A stretch of DNA of 52,643 nt from a virus. The position numbers and the translations under genes were made by a program. A model generated the notes under the pieces. The model worked only from the letters and a program-made list of their open reading frames with translations. It was not told where the DNA came from and did not search any database. Shown piece after piece: positions 24,719 to 32,571 of the stretch; the stretch's first letter is position 1, and the number at the start of each line of letters is the position of its first letter. The DNA is taken from the IMG/VR virus record IMGVR_UViG_3300028801_000004; one strand, 5' to 3'.

Positions 24719-25174
24719 CAGCGCGGAGATAAGCAGCAGCAGAGTATCGGGTGCCACTTTCGTGGCGTCTTCACTCAGGGTGTTGAATACCTTGATCAGT
24801 TGCAGCCCATAAGCCACGAGCATCGAACAGAACCAGCTATTCGGCGACGACCAAGTGGTCCCAGCCGCGAACGCAGCGATGGCCAGTTCGTTATAGGGCT
24901 TGCCGATCTGAGCCTGCAGGAACGCGTAGTACGCGGTCTCTTGGGCATCGGTGACGGGCAGAATCACCCGCCTGACCGTCTCGCCGGCCACGTACGAAGC
25001 GGGGCGGATCTGCACCCCTGCGGCGATACTACCGATCGAGTCGTCCCGCGCGCCGAGCAGAGTGCCATCCGGCAGCACCGTATCGACGTGGGAGTATTGG
25101 CCGCGGTCATACCACTTGATCAGAGCGGCTCCGAAACCCGAGCCTTCGACGAATTGAAGAACGATTTGGCCCAT
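24707..25174 (-). CDS. Permuted papain-like (YiiX/C92, NlpC/P60-related) cell-wall amidase/peptidase
   Basis: The order GQYSHVDTV (His) then NSWFCSMLV (Cys) matches the permuted family. Last gene of the lysis cassette. ATG 25174 shares 1 nt with the upstream stop. Confidence 0.55.
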   Translation of the reverse strand: MGQIVLQFVEGSGFGAALIKWYDRGQYSHVDTVLPDGTLLGARDDSIGSIAAGVQIRPASYVAGETVRRVILPVTDAQETAYYAFLQAQIGKPYNELAIAAFAAGTTWSSPNSWFCSMLVAYGLQLIKVFNTLSEDATKVAPDTLLLLISALFPI

Positions 25175-25542
25175 TATTGCACCGGGGGCGTATAGCCAGG
25201 AGTCGGGGTAGGCGCGGGCTGCGTCGGCGGGGCCATGAGTGTGATCGTGCCGTCCGTGGTGGTGAGCACCGCGACACTCGGTACAGGGCACGCGGTGAGT
25301 ACTGCTTTGACAGCGTTCGGGTTGCCCGTAGCGTTGCGCTGCAGAGCTCCGACCTTGATCGCGCAGGCGGCGTCACTCCAGCCGACGAAAGCCGCGTCGT
25401 CGATGGCCCGCACGTTCTGCCGAGCCCCTGCGTACCCGGATTCCCCGGCGTTGATGATGCCGCCCGTATAGGCGTTGATAGCCGAGCAGCCCGCCAAGGC
25501 TGCCAAGCTAGTCACAGTGCCGACAAACAATAGCCTGCGCAT
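25174..25542 (-). CDS. Lipoprotein (lipobox LAALAGC) with a Pro-rich C-terminus; o-spanin candidate
   Basis: MRRLLFVGTVTSLAALAG|C signal/lipobox. PPTQPAPTPTPGYTPP tail. Located in the lysis cassette. Confidence 0.55.
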   Translation of the reverse strand: MRRLLFVGTVTSLAALAGCSAINAYTGGIINAGESGYAGARQNVRAIDDAAFVGWSDAACAIKVGALQRNATGNPNAVKAVLTACPVPSVAVLTTTDGTITLMAPPTQPAPTPTPGYTPPVQ

Positions 25543-25554
25543 GACTAGCCCCAG

Positions 25555-25941
25555 TTACAGCGGGGCTTGGCCGACGAGCGGAGCGGCGGGTGCCGGTTCT
25601 GCTGTGGGTGCCGGGGCTTGGTCGACCATTTCGAGTGCGATTTGCGTCGGTGTGGGTAACGGTGCCGGGGTGAGCTTGGCAACGCCGGCCGCGATCACAG
25701 CCTGGACCACATTGGCCAGGGTCGTGGTGCTGGTATTTTCAATTTGGGGCAGGGTGGCCTGGAGCTCAGCCAGAACAGCCGTGCCTTTCAGAAAGCCCGA
25801 TGCCGGATTGGTCCATACGGCCGGGTTCGCGGCGATATCGGCCAAGGCCGAAGAGATGACGGGCATGGCGGCCACGACAACGTTATTCAGAAGCAGCTCG
25901 CCCAATTGGGCGAGTGCGGTGTCAGTCGAGCTGGTGGTCAT
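25555..25941 (-). CDS. Hypothetical protein with an N-proximal hydrophobic segment and a Pro-rich C-terminus; i-spanin candidate
   Basis: NNVVVAAMPVISSALADIAA segment. PAPLPTP...APAPTAEPAPAAP tail. Immediately upstream of the lipoprotein. Confidence 0.35.
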   Translation of the reverse strand: MTTSSTDTALAQLGELLLNNVVVAAMPVISSALADIAANPAVWTNPASGFLKGTAVLAELQATLPQIENTSTTTLANVVQAVIAAGVAKLTPAPLPTPTQIALEMVDQAPAPTAEPAPAAPLVGQAPL

Positions 25942-26018
25942 GATCAGTTCCTTGAGGGGTTGAGGATTAGGGGTTGCCGCGGCGTGGTCGTCCTCGCTTC
26001 GCCCCGCGCCGCGGGTAA

Positions 26019-26204
26019 TTACGACTTTGGGCTGACGAACGGGGCCGCTCCGTGCCAGCCGGTGATCAGCCCTGCGATACCGAGCGCGGCAGACTTCAGC
26101 GCCAGGTCGTCAATTTTCAGATAGTCCATGACAAGCACCAGACCCAAGAGCCCGGCGACTTTGAGCGTTTTGCTGGCTAGCGCGGCAGATGCGGCAGCAC
26201 CCAT
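26019..26204 (-). CDS. Small 2-TM membrane protein; holin candidate
   Basis: 61 aa with two hydrophobic helices. Immediately downstream of the muramidase. Confidence 0.5.
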   Translation of the reverse strand: MGAAASAALASKTLKVAGLLGLVLVMDYLKIDDLALKSAALGIAGLITGWHGAAPFVSPKS

Positions 26205-26215
26205 GATGCTTCTCC

Positions 26216-26728
26216 TTAGTTCTCAGCCACAGTTTGAAGGTTTTCAGCGCCGCGGTCGACCCACCCTGCGCCTTCGGCGGCCCATGCCGCACATTGTACC
26301 CAGTATTTAAACCGGGAGGCCATGAACTGCATCGCAACCTTCAGCGGGTCGGCGCTGCGCACGGCTGCCACGGTCTGAGCCCCGATCACCCCGTCCTGCG
26401 GCACTCCCACGGCGGCTTGGAGCCACTGAGCCGGGTGCCCGCCGTTGTACGCGGCGTCAAAGATCAGGTACCCGATTCGAATATCGAACTGGCTACACTG
26501 GTACGGGTCCCAATACTTAGTCTGCGCGAGTGCTTGGGCCTGGGTGTAAGTGAGCGTGGCGAAGTTCACATTGGGGAACCACTCCGCGCTGATACCGTAG
26601 CGGGAGCCCTTGAACTGGCCCTGCCCCACGATCCCGCTCGACCAGTTGCCCGGATCGTTGACGTCGGTACTCGGGGCCGTGCCCTCGGTGCCGACCACCT
26701 CGGCAAATACATCGTTGAAATTCATCAT
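26216..26728 (-). CDS. Endolysin: GH108 N-acetylmuramidase with a PG_binding_3 domain
   Basis: N-terminal FNDVFAEVVGTEG...DPGNWSSG (GH108-like EGG/DxGG pattern). C-terminal YW..FD.AYNGG...LQ..VG...DGVIG..T pattern. ATGA overlap with the upstream gene. Confidence 0.8.
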   Translation of the reverse strand: MMNFNDVFAEVVGTEGTAPSTDVNDPGNWSSGIVGQGQFKGSRYGISAEWFPNVNFATLTYTQAQALAQTKYWDPYQCSQFDIRIGYLIFDAAYNGGHPAQWLQAAVGVPQDGVIGAQTVAAVRSADPLKVAMQFMASRFKYWVQCAAWAAEGAGWVDRGAENLQTVAEN

Positions 26729-27039
26729 GATGTGAGCTTCGCCTTCAGATAGAACCCGGCCGCAGCAACCAGAAAGATCATCGCGGCCCAGATGCCCTTT
26801 TCCACCAACTTCAAACTGATCTCTCGCCAAAATTTCTCTCGGGCCTTGGCTTGCTCGATCACGGCCTCGTGGAATCGACGGTGGCTTTCAGGGTCCCCCT
26901 CGGGGAACCCCAGTAACACCTTGTCGACCTTGACGCTGACCTCTTCCAGCGTGACGGAATTCTGCGCATGGCGCCGGTCGAGATCAGTTTTGAGCGCCTT
27001 GATAGCGACGGTCAGGTCTTGCAAGGCTTCGGTATCCAC
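26725..27039 (-). CDS. Coiled-coil protein with a C-terminal TM anchor; lysis-associated (holin/antiholin-like) candidate
   Basis: GTG start 5 nt after GGAG. IWAAMIFLVAAAGFYL TM at the C-terminus. First gene of the lysis cassette. Confidence 0.45.
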   Translation of the reverse strand: MDTEALQDLTVAIKALKTDLDRRHAQNSVTLEEVSVKVDKVLLGFPEGDPESHRRFHEAVIEQAKAREKFWREISLKLVEKGIWAAMIFLVAAAGFYLKAKLTS

Positions 27040-27056
27040 AACGTCTCCTGATTTTA

Positions 27057-29069
27057 TTAGGTGCCACTGTTCAAGCCGGTTGAACCGTCGCTGCCGCCTA
27101 CGGGGCCACTAGAACTATTCGAGACACGGGGCGATGAGAGCGTGGCTGCATTGAACGTGTTACCTACGACACCCACGCCCGTAGAAGTACTGTCTGCGAC
27201 TACGGTATTGGTGGCGAAACCGTCGAAACTGTTATTCGTGACCATAGAGCGCACGGAACCCGTCAGAGAGATTTGGGCGGTTGCCGGATGCACAGACTGG
27301 TTTATCACCGAATTCCCGGTGTACACGCCGCGTGCGGAACCAGTCTCCTCAATGGCGAAATTGTTATCGTTGAATGTCGTGTTTGATACATGGGTATTGG
27401 AGCTATTGGCAACCCGGACACCCACGGCGAACCCAAAATTCGCCTCCCCCCCAATCTGCATACCCGTGATCTGTACGGCGCCCGCGCTGTTGTCAACGAA
27501 GACCGCATCTGTTTCAGCCAGTACGCTGACAGGGTTGAGCCAGCCGTCCGAGATCGTGACCATCTGTTGCGCGGGTAGTGCGTTGATGAAGATGCCTTGT
27601 GCCGTGAACCCGTCGACGATCGGGTTCTGGATGATCACGTCCGCAAAGCCGCCAGCGGTGGCCGGTGTGGAGTAGTCGAAGAAATATCCAAAATTAACTT
27701 CGCCTGCTGCGGCGTTGCTAAAATAGAGGTCGGAGACATATAGCCCAGAAGCCCGATACCCTACCTGACCGGTGGGACCCCCAAAAGCACCTGTACCCTG
27801 TACGAACGTATCGCGCCAGGTCGAAGATTCATTGCCCCCAACACATCCCCCACCGCCCAGAATATTCCAACCGATGAAGCCGTTAGTAGCTGCTGAGTAG
27901 GTCGTCCCCATGCGCTGAAACGACGAGTCCGTGGCGCACTCCATTTGCACGCCAGTTAGAAACCCCGCAACCTGGATATCCGAGAGCTTCGCCAGCGCGG
28001 TGAAGGCAAGGGCAATACCGACGTTAGAGGTCCCTGGCGTGGCAGACACAATGTTAAAGCCGTTAAAGACATCATCGGCGAGCGGCGTGCCGAGCACCCC
28101 CGTGACTTCCAGTGCCGAGATATTCGTAGCTGTCGCTGTGAGCACCGTCGCATTGAGTCCGGCACCGAGCAACGAGACATGAGATTTGACATTATTGATC
28201 GGGTTGGCAAGGCCGTAATTACCGGCCGACATTTGGATCACTCCGCCGACATTCTCCAGCATCGTGTAGGCGAGGTTGAACGCTGACGAGTCATCCGACG
28301 TACCGTTCTTCGCGGCTCCGAACCACTCGGGGATAACAGTCATCCCGGTGTCGGCCTGGGGGACGAGGTTGCTGAAGATCTGCTGCCCACCTGCCATGAT
28401 CTGACGCTGAAACTGTACGACCTCGGTGCCCGCGGTGCCGATGATCTCACCGTTGTTCGTGAACTGCACTACGGTGGCAGCCCCAAAGGTCAAGTTCTCG
28501 CTGATCTTCGAAGCACAGGGCACGACCACGGTCGTTGGCGTCGCACCGATCGACGAGATCAAAGCCGTCCAAGCTGCGTTGTCGTTCGTTGTGCCGTTGC
28601 AGGTTGCGCCGTAGTCCGTGATATTGACGACTTGGTTCAACTTAGCGCCAACCGTGGTGGCCACAGCCCCCGTGCGGTTCAAGGTATAGGAGATATTCCC
28701 GCCCGAGAACGCGGTGAAGTCATTCACCCCCGTGAGTTGGTCCTCAGTCCAGAACGGGTGTGTGGGCGGGTTGGTGTCGGTAGCGGGGGACAAGATCAGC
28801 TTGTACTTGTCGCCCGCGATCAGCCAGACGTTCGCCTGCCCGTTGGCGTCGAGAATGATCGGGTTGGTGTTCGGCGTCGAGCCCGTCGAGCTGGTGTAAG
28901 TAGCCAGCGGGTTGGTGGTGCCTGCAGCGTAGCTGAAGAGCTGGCACCCCGAGCACGGCGTGCCGTTCTGGTTGAATTGCTGGATCGGCGTCGGCGTGAT
29001 ATTCACCGTGGCCGCTTGTGCGGACCCGGCAATGAGCACGGCCAGGAATAATGCAAAAAGTCTCTTCAC
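27057..29069 (-). CDS. Tailspike/depolymerase with a right-handed beta-helix (pectate-lyase-type) and an N-terminal Sec-like signal peptide
   Basis: NITDYGATCNGTTNDNAAWTALI motif. Gly/Asn/Thr/Val-rich beta-helix-like body. GTG 29069 lies 7 nt after GGAG. N-terminus is (M)KRLFALFLAVLIAGSAQA. Confidence 0.75.
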   Translation of the reverse strand: MKRLFALFLAVLIAGSAQAATVNITPTPIQQFNQNGTPCSGCQLFSYAAGTTNPLATYTSSTGSTPNTNPIILDANGQANVWLIAGDKYKLILSPATDTNPPTHPFWTEDQLTGVNDFTAFSGGNISYTLNRTGAVATTVGAKLNQVVNITDYGATCNGTTNDNAAWTALISSIGATPTTVVVPCASKISENLTFGAATVVQFTNNGEIIGTAGTEVVQFQRQIMAGGQQIFSNLVPQADTGMTVIPEWFGAAKNGTSDDSSAFNLAYTMLENVGGVIQMSAGNYGLANPINNVKSHVSLLGAGLNATVLTATATNISALEVTGVLGTPLADDVFNGFNIVSATPGTSNVGIALAFTALAKLSDIQVAGFLTGVQMECATDSSFQRMGTTYSAATNGFIGWNILGGGGCVGGNESSTWRDTFVQGTGAFGGPTGQVGYRASGLYVSDLYFSNAAAGEVNFGYFFDYSTPATAGGFADVIIQNPIVDGFTAQGIFINALPAQQMVTISDGWLNPVSVLAETDAVFVDNSAGAVQITGMQIGGEANFGFAVGVRVANSSNTHVSNTTFNDNNFAIEETGSARGVYTGNSVINQSVHPATAQISLTGSVRSMVTNNSFDGFATNTVVADSTSTGVGVVGNTFNAATLSSPRVSNSSSGPVGGSDGSTGLNSGT

Positions 29070-29086
29070 GTTACATCTCCAAGGGG

Positions 29087-30337
29087 TTAGCGGCGCTGGC
29101 ACTGCAGGTAGCCGTTCACAGAGGCGACGGCTACCGTGACGCTAGATGCTTCAGCAGTAAGGAAAATCGTTGTGGGGGTGGAGATCAAAATACGCGTAAC
29201 CATCGGGTTCAGGGTAGTCGTACCGGTGGCTCCGGTAGCCAGCGTGACACCCAAGTACGACGCATTCGGGTTCGCTGGAAGGGTAGCAGACACCGTACCA
29301 ATGCCCGCTACTATATCGGCCACGATAGCCCCGGTGGTGGGTAGGAAAAGCGCCTGCCCCCAGCAGTTCCAATCCCCGGCCGGCAGGTTGGTAATGCTGG
29401 TCGCATTGACCGTAGTGCCTGACGTAATGGCAGTGCCTGTGGTAGTGTTGCTTTGAAATTCACCGATACTTCCGGCCGTGACGGGGTTTCCTGTGGCGTT
29501 GCCCACGATGCCGGCCGGGTAGCTCGGGGTCAGTGCTCCGGTCATTGTCAACGTGCGCAGCGCGGCTGTGGCGGGCCACACGTCCGTCACACCGTCCGTC
29601 TGTAGCCACATTGAGGTGGAATTGTTGGTGCCTTGCGGGAGCACTACGCCAGTGCCGGTCGTGCCGCCTGCGCCGTTGCTCAGGAACACCGTGATGGTGG
29701 AAGCGCCCGTGGTGTTGTTCTGGAACAGGACTTCTCGGCTCGCGGTCAGGAGGGAGCCATTCTGGATGATGAACGTGACGTTGCCCGTGAGTACACCCGT
29801 CAGATTAATCGTGCGCTTGCCTGGGGGTACGGGCATCGTGGTGATCTGCGCGCCCGTCGTGTAACCAGTTCCACCATAGATCACAGATAGCGTGGACAGG
29901 CCGCTTCCCGACACGGAGGCGACTCGTATCACCGCATCTGAGTTTCCACCAGGGAGCGCGAGCAAATCCCCCACAGCGTACCCGGTGCCGGGGTTTATCA
30001 CAGTGACCACGCTGCTGATCACCCCGCCCGAGGCGAGAATGACGACCTGCCCGCCGCCGCCCAGCGTCGCTTGGTTGTATGTGCCGCCTGTTACCGCGAA
30101 GGGCACCGTGGCCGAGGAACTGGCGAGTTGCTGGTTAGCGAACGCATCGGTCGCCACGAGCGTGGAATTATCCAGCCGCCCCTGCGTCGTCGCGTTGATC
30201 GTAGCCCCAGTAATAGAGCCTCCTGTGATCGCGACGCTATTCGCTTGGTACCCGGTCTTGTCGAGAATGTTGTAGGCGTTGGTCTGCCCGAGCGCGAGCA
30301 GCGGAGCCAGCAATAAAACAGCAAGGAACTTTTTCAT
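29087..30337 (-). CDS. Tail fibre-like protein with an N-terminal Sec-like signal peptide
   Basis: MKKFLAVLLLAPLLALG. Thr/Gly/Asn-rich fibre-like body. C-terminal ..LPAGDWNCWG.. region is typical of fibre tips. GGAG SD. Confidence 0.7.
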   Translation of the reverse strand: MKKFLAVLLLAPLLALGQTNAYNILDKTGYQANSVAITGGSITGATINATTQGRLDNSTLVATDAFANQQLASSSATVPFAVTGGTYNQATLGGGGQVVILASGGVISSVVTVINPGTGYAVGDLLALPGGNSDAVIRVASVSGSGLSTLSVIYGGTGYTTGAQITTMPVPPGKRTINLTGVLTGNVTFIIQNGSLLTASREVLFQNNTTGASTITVFLSNGAGGTTGTGVVLPQGTNNSTSMWLQTDGVTDVWPATAALRTLTMTGALTPSYPAGIVGNATGNPVTAGSIGEFQSNTTTGTAITSGTTVNATSITNLPAGDWNCWGQALFLPTTGAIVADIVAGIGTVSATLPANPNASYLGVTLATGATGTTTLNPMVTRILISTPTTIFLTAEASSVTVAVASVNGYLQCQRR

Positions 30338-30338
30338 C

Positions 30339-30770
30339 TTAGCGCTCCAAGTTCGCGGACACACTCACCGTCATGCTCGGCGTTGAGGCCCCGATGAGCT
30401 GCACGCGCCACGTCACCGGCAACAAGTCGGAGGTGGCCCCGTTGGCGAGCGTACCGATGCCGGGGTACACCTTGAGCACCGTGGTACCCGTGCCCGTGAT
30501 TGCAGCGCCCACCAGGATGTCGTAGTAGACGCCCGGGTTCGCGGGGTCTTCACCTTGGATGTGGGGTGTGTACGAACCGCTCGTGAACGACGTCACGTTG
30601 ACGATCAGATGCAGCCCCTTGGAGTTGGGGTTGAACTGATCGTTCGAATTCACCGTAGCCGCCGTCAGTGCAGTAGGCTGGAATATCTTGGCTCCGGTAT
30701 TGACGATCTCCTGGGCCTGCACCAAGGGCGCGAGACACAGCAGGGCGAGAAGAATAAGCAAGCGTTTCAT
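30339..30770 (-). CDS. Small beta-rich protein with an N-terminal Sec-like signal peptide (143 aa)
   Basis: MKRLLILLALLCLAPLVQA|QE. AGGAG SD. Confidence 0.65.
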   Translation of the reverse strand: MKRLLILLALLCLAPLVQAQEIVNTGAKIFQPTALTAATVNSNDQFNPNSKGLHLIVNVTSFTSGSYTPHIQGEDPANPGVYYDILVGAAITGTGTTVLKVYPGIGTLANGATSDLLPVTWRVQLIGASTPSMTVSVSANLER

Positions 30771-30785
30771 GGTCGGGCTCCTAGA

Positions 30786-32126
30786 CTACCAATCCATTAA
30801 TTCATGGAAGCCCAGAGCTTTCGCCTTGGGCAACTTGTGCTCTAAATCCTTGCCGATGTCCGTGCGGGCCATGCGGTCCTGGTACTTGATGCTCGACACG
30901 GCCGCATAGACTTGCGGGATCGCATCGTGTAGATCTGGGCCCTTGGCCGTCATGCAGCAAATATAGTCGCCCGTCGTCTTGTACACGGGCTCCATCACGA
31001 CTTTGCCATTGTGCATCGTTGGTCCTTTTTCAATCATCAACTCAACGGGGGACACGTGCTCCCACACATCCTCAATGCCGGTGACGACACAGCCGACAGA
31101 TTTCCCAGGCTCTTCGTTCATTGCGGGGTAGGGTGGTTTGGCCATGACAACACCGACCGCACAGCGCTCGTCGACCTCCAGCGTGTCGCGCCCGTCGATT
31201 GCGTCGCGGCACCACTGCACTGGGTCGCCTTCGTGGCACTGGAACAGGATGTAGGTAGACGGCCACCCCATGCGGGCGGATACCTCGAACGGTACGAATT
31301 TACCTTTCTTGGTAATCGCGCCGCCGATGTCGAAGTCGCCCGTGTGGCCCATCTGCACGAGTGGTTCTTCGAACTTCATCAGCGCATCAACAAGTTGGCT
31401 GTCATCGGTATCTGTGAAGTACTTGCACACGGTACCCTGCTCTCCAGTCGAGGGGCCGTAGTCATCATTCATCAGCTTTTTATGCTCAATATTTAAATTT
31501 TTCGGGGCCAGGAACCCGGCACTACCGACCCAGCCCGAAATGCCGACCTCCATGAGTAGGTCGACTTTCTCTTGCAACATCAACTGGCCCTTGACCTTGA
31601 AGCCCTGCTCTTTCTTCAACTCCAGGAACGAGACTAGATCAGCGGGGTCGTGAGCGACGTAGGTGAGCGACTTGTCGGCCTCATCCCCCATCGGCTTCAG
31701 AACAAACGGATCTTGTGCTTTCCATGCGAACGCAAGCGCCGCGTCGAGTGTAGGGAACGTATGATATGCGGGCACCTCGAAGCCGAACTTCTCGAAATAC
31801 TGCATGCCAAGCCCGCGCTGAATTTCAAGCGCGGCACTCTTGGGCGTGGGGCCGAATACGGGGTAGCCGAATAGCCGCCACTTGTCGAGCTCGGCTGTGA
31901 TCTTGCGATCGTTGAAGAGATTTAAAATTAGGCCGTCTTTACCGGCCCATTTCATCGAATCCTGCCACGCTTTGACCTTCACGATACCGGGGAATCCGTC
32001 CCCGGATCGCAACGGGGAGCCATCCACGTGCTGAGGCATCCACCACCGGACCTCGTGGCCGGCTTCCGCCGATCTATAGGCGATATCCAAGCCTGTGCGA
32101 TCGAAGTCAATTATAAGGACGCGCAT
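30786..32126 (-). CDS. Divergent PurD-like ATP-grasp ligase (phosphoribosylamine-glycine ligase family)
   Basis: Collinear with PurD: MRVLIID.., FGPT..AA.E, P.V.KP.G, EHKKLMNDDYGPSTGEQG (cf. DHKR..DGD.GPNTGGMG), FEVSARMGWP (cf. EFNCRFGDP), VGVVMAKPPYP, R.DIG near the C-terminus. Confidence 0.75.
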   Translation of the reverse strand: MRVLIIDFDRTGLDIAYRSAEAGHEVRWWMPQHVDGSPLRSGDGFPGIVKVKAWQDSMKWAGKDGLILNLFNDRKITAELDKWRLFGYPVFGPTPKSAALEIQRGLGMQYFEKFGFEVPAYHTFPTLDAALAFAWKAQDPFVLKPMGDEADKSLTYVAHDPADLVSFLELKKEQGFKVKGQLMLQEKVDLLMEVGISGWVGSAGFLAPKNLNIEHKKLMNDDYGPSTGEQGTVCKYFTDTDDSQLVDALMKFEEPLVQMGHTGDFDIGGAITKKGKFVPFEVSARMGWPSTYILFQCHEGDPVQWCRDAIDGRDTLEVDERCAVGVVMAKPPYPAMNEEPGKSVGCVVTGIEDVWEHVSPVELMIEKGPTMHNGKVVMEPVYKTTGDYICCMTAKGPDLHDAIPQVYAAVSSIKYQDRMARTDIGKDLEHKLPKAKALGFHELMDW

Positions 32127-32209
32127 GAGAGATCAATCCATATAGCAGTCGCAAACCTCGCGACCGCAGACACCACAAGCCCAGAGCCGAGCGCGAACAA
32201 GTCGGTATT

Positions 32210-32398
32210 TCATTTCTTCGCCTTGTTCGGTATCTTGGCGCCACTCTTGCGCGCCTGCGAAAGTGCGGCGGCCACCGCTTGCTTATTCGCGGTGGCTTTA
32301 CCGAACTTCTTCTCGGTCGCCTTGAACGTCTTTCCGGTGTGAAATTCGGTAATGTTCTTGGAGACCGTGGCTTTACTTTTCCCGCGCGCGAGTGGCAT
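32210..32398 (-). CDS. Lys-rich small basic protein (62 aa), DUF6496-like
   Basis: ITEFHTGK....NKQAVAAALSQARKSGAKIP resembles small bacterial proteins with MHEFK.GKL...RKQAIAIALSEARKSGAK (from memory). 14 of 62 residues are Lys. Confidence 0.6.
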   Translation of the reverse strand: MPLARGKSKATVSKNITEFHTGKTFKATEKKFGKATANKQAVAAALSQARKSGAKIPNKAKK

Positions 32399-32400
32399 GA

Positions 32401-32562
32401 TTATTTCATCATCTTCGGAGCTTTCTTCGACTTCCGAGTGGTTGCCTCAGACTTTTTCACGTTCATGTTCAGTTTTTCCATGAACGCGGCAGGCTTTTTC
32501 CCACCTTTCTTGGGCATATCCGACGTCACGGCTTTCGCCATTTTCACAGGCATCTTTTTCAC
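32401..32562 (-). CDS. Lys-rich mini-protein (53 aa; MKKMPVKMAKAVTSDMPKKGGKKPAAFMEKLNMNVKKSEATTRKSKKAPKMMK), absent from the ORF track
   Basis: GTG start 6 nt after AGGAG. The SD overlaps the TAG of the upstream 975-aa gene. 16 of 53 residues are Lys. Stop lies 2 nt before the next ATG. Confidence 0.5.
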   Translation of the reverse strand: MKKMPVKMAKAVTSDMPKKGGKKPAAFMEKLNMNVKKSEATTRKSKKAPKMMK

Positions 32563-32571
32563 AGTAATCTC

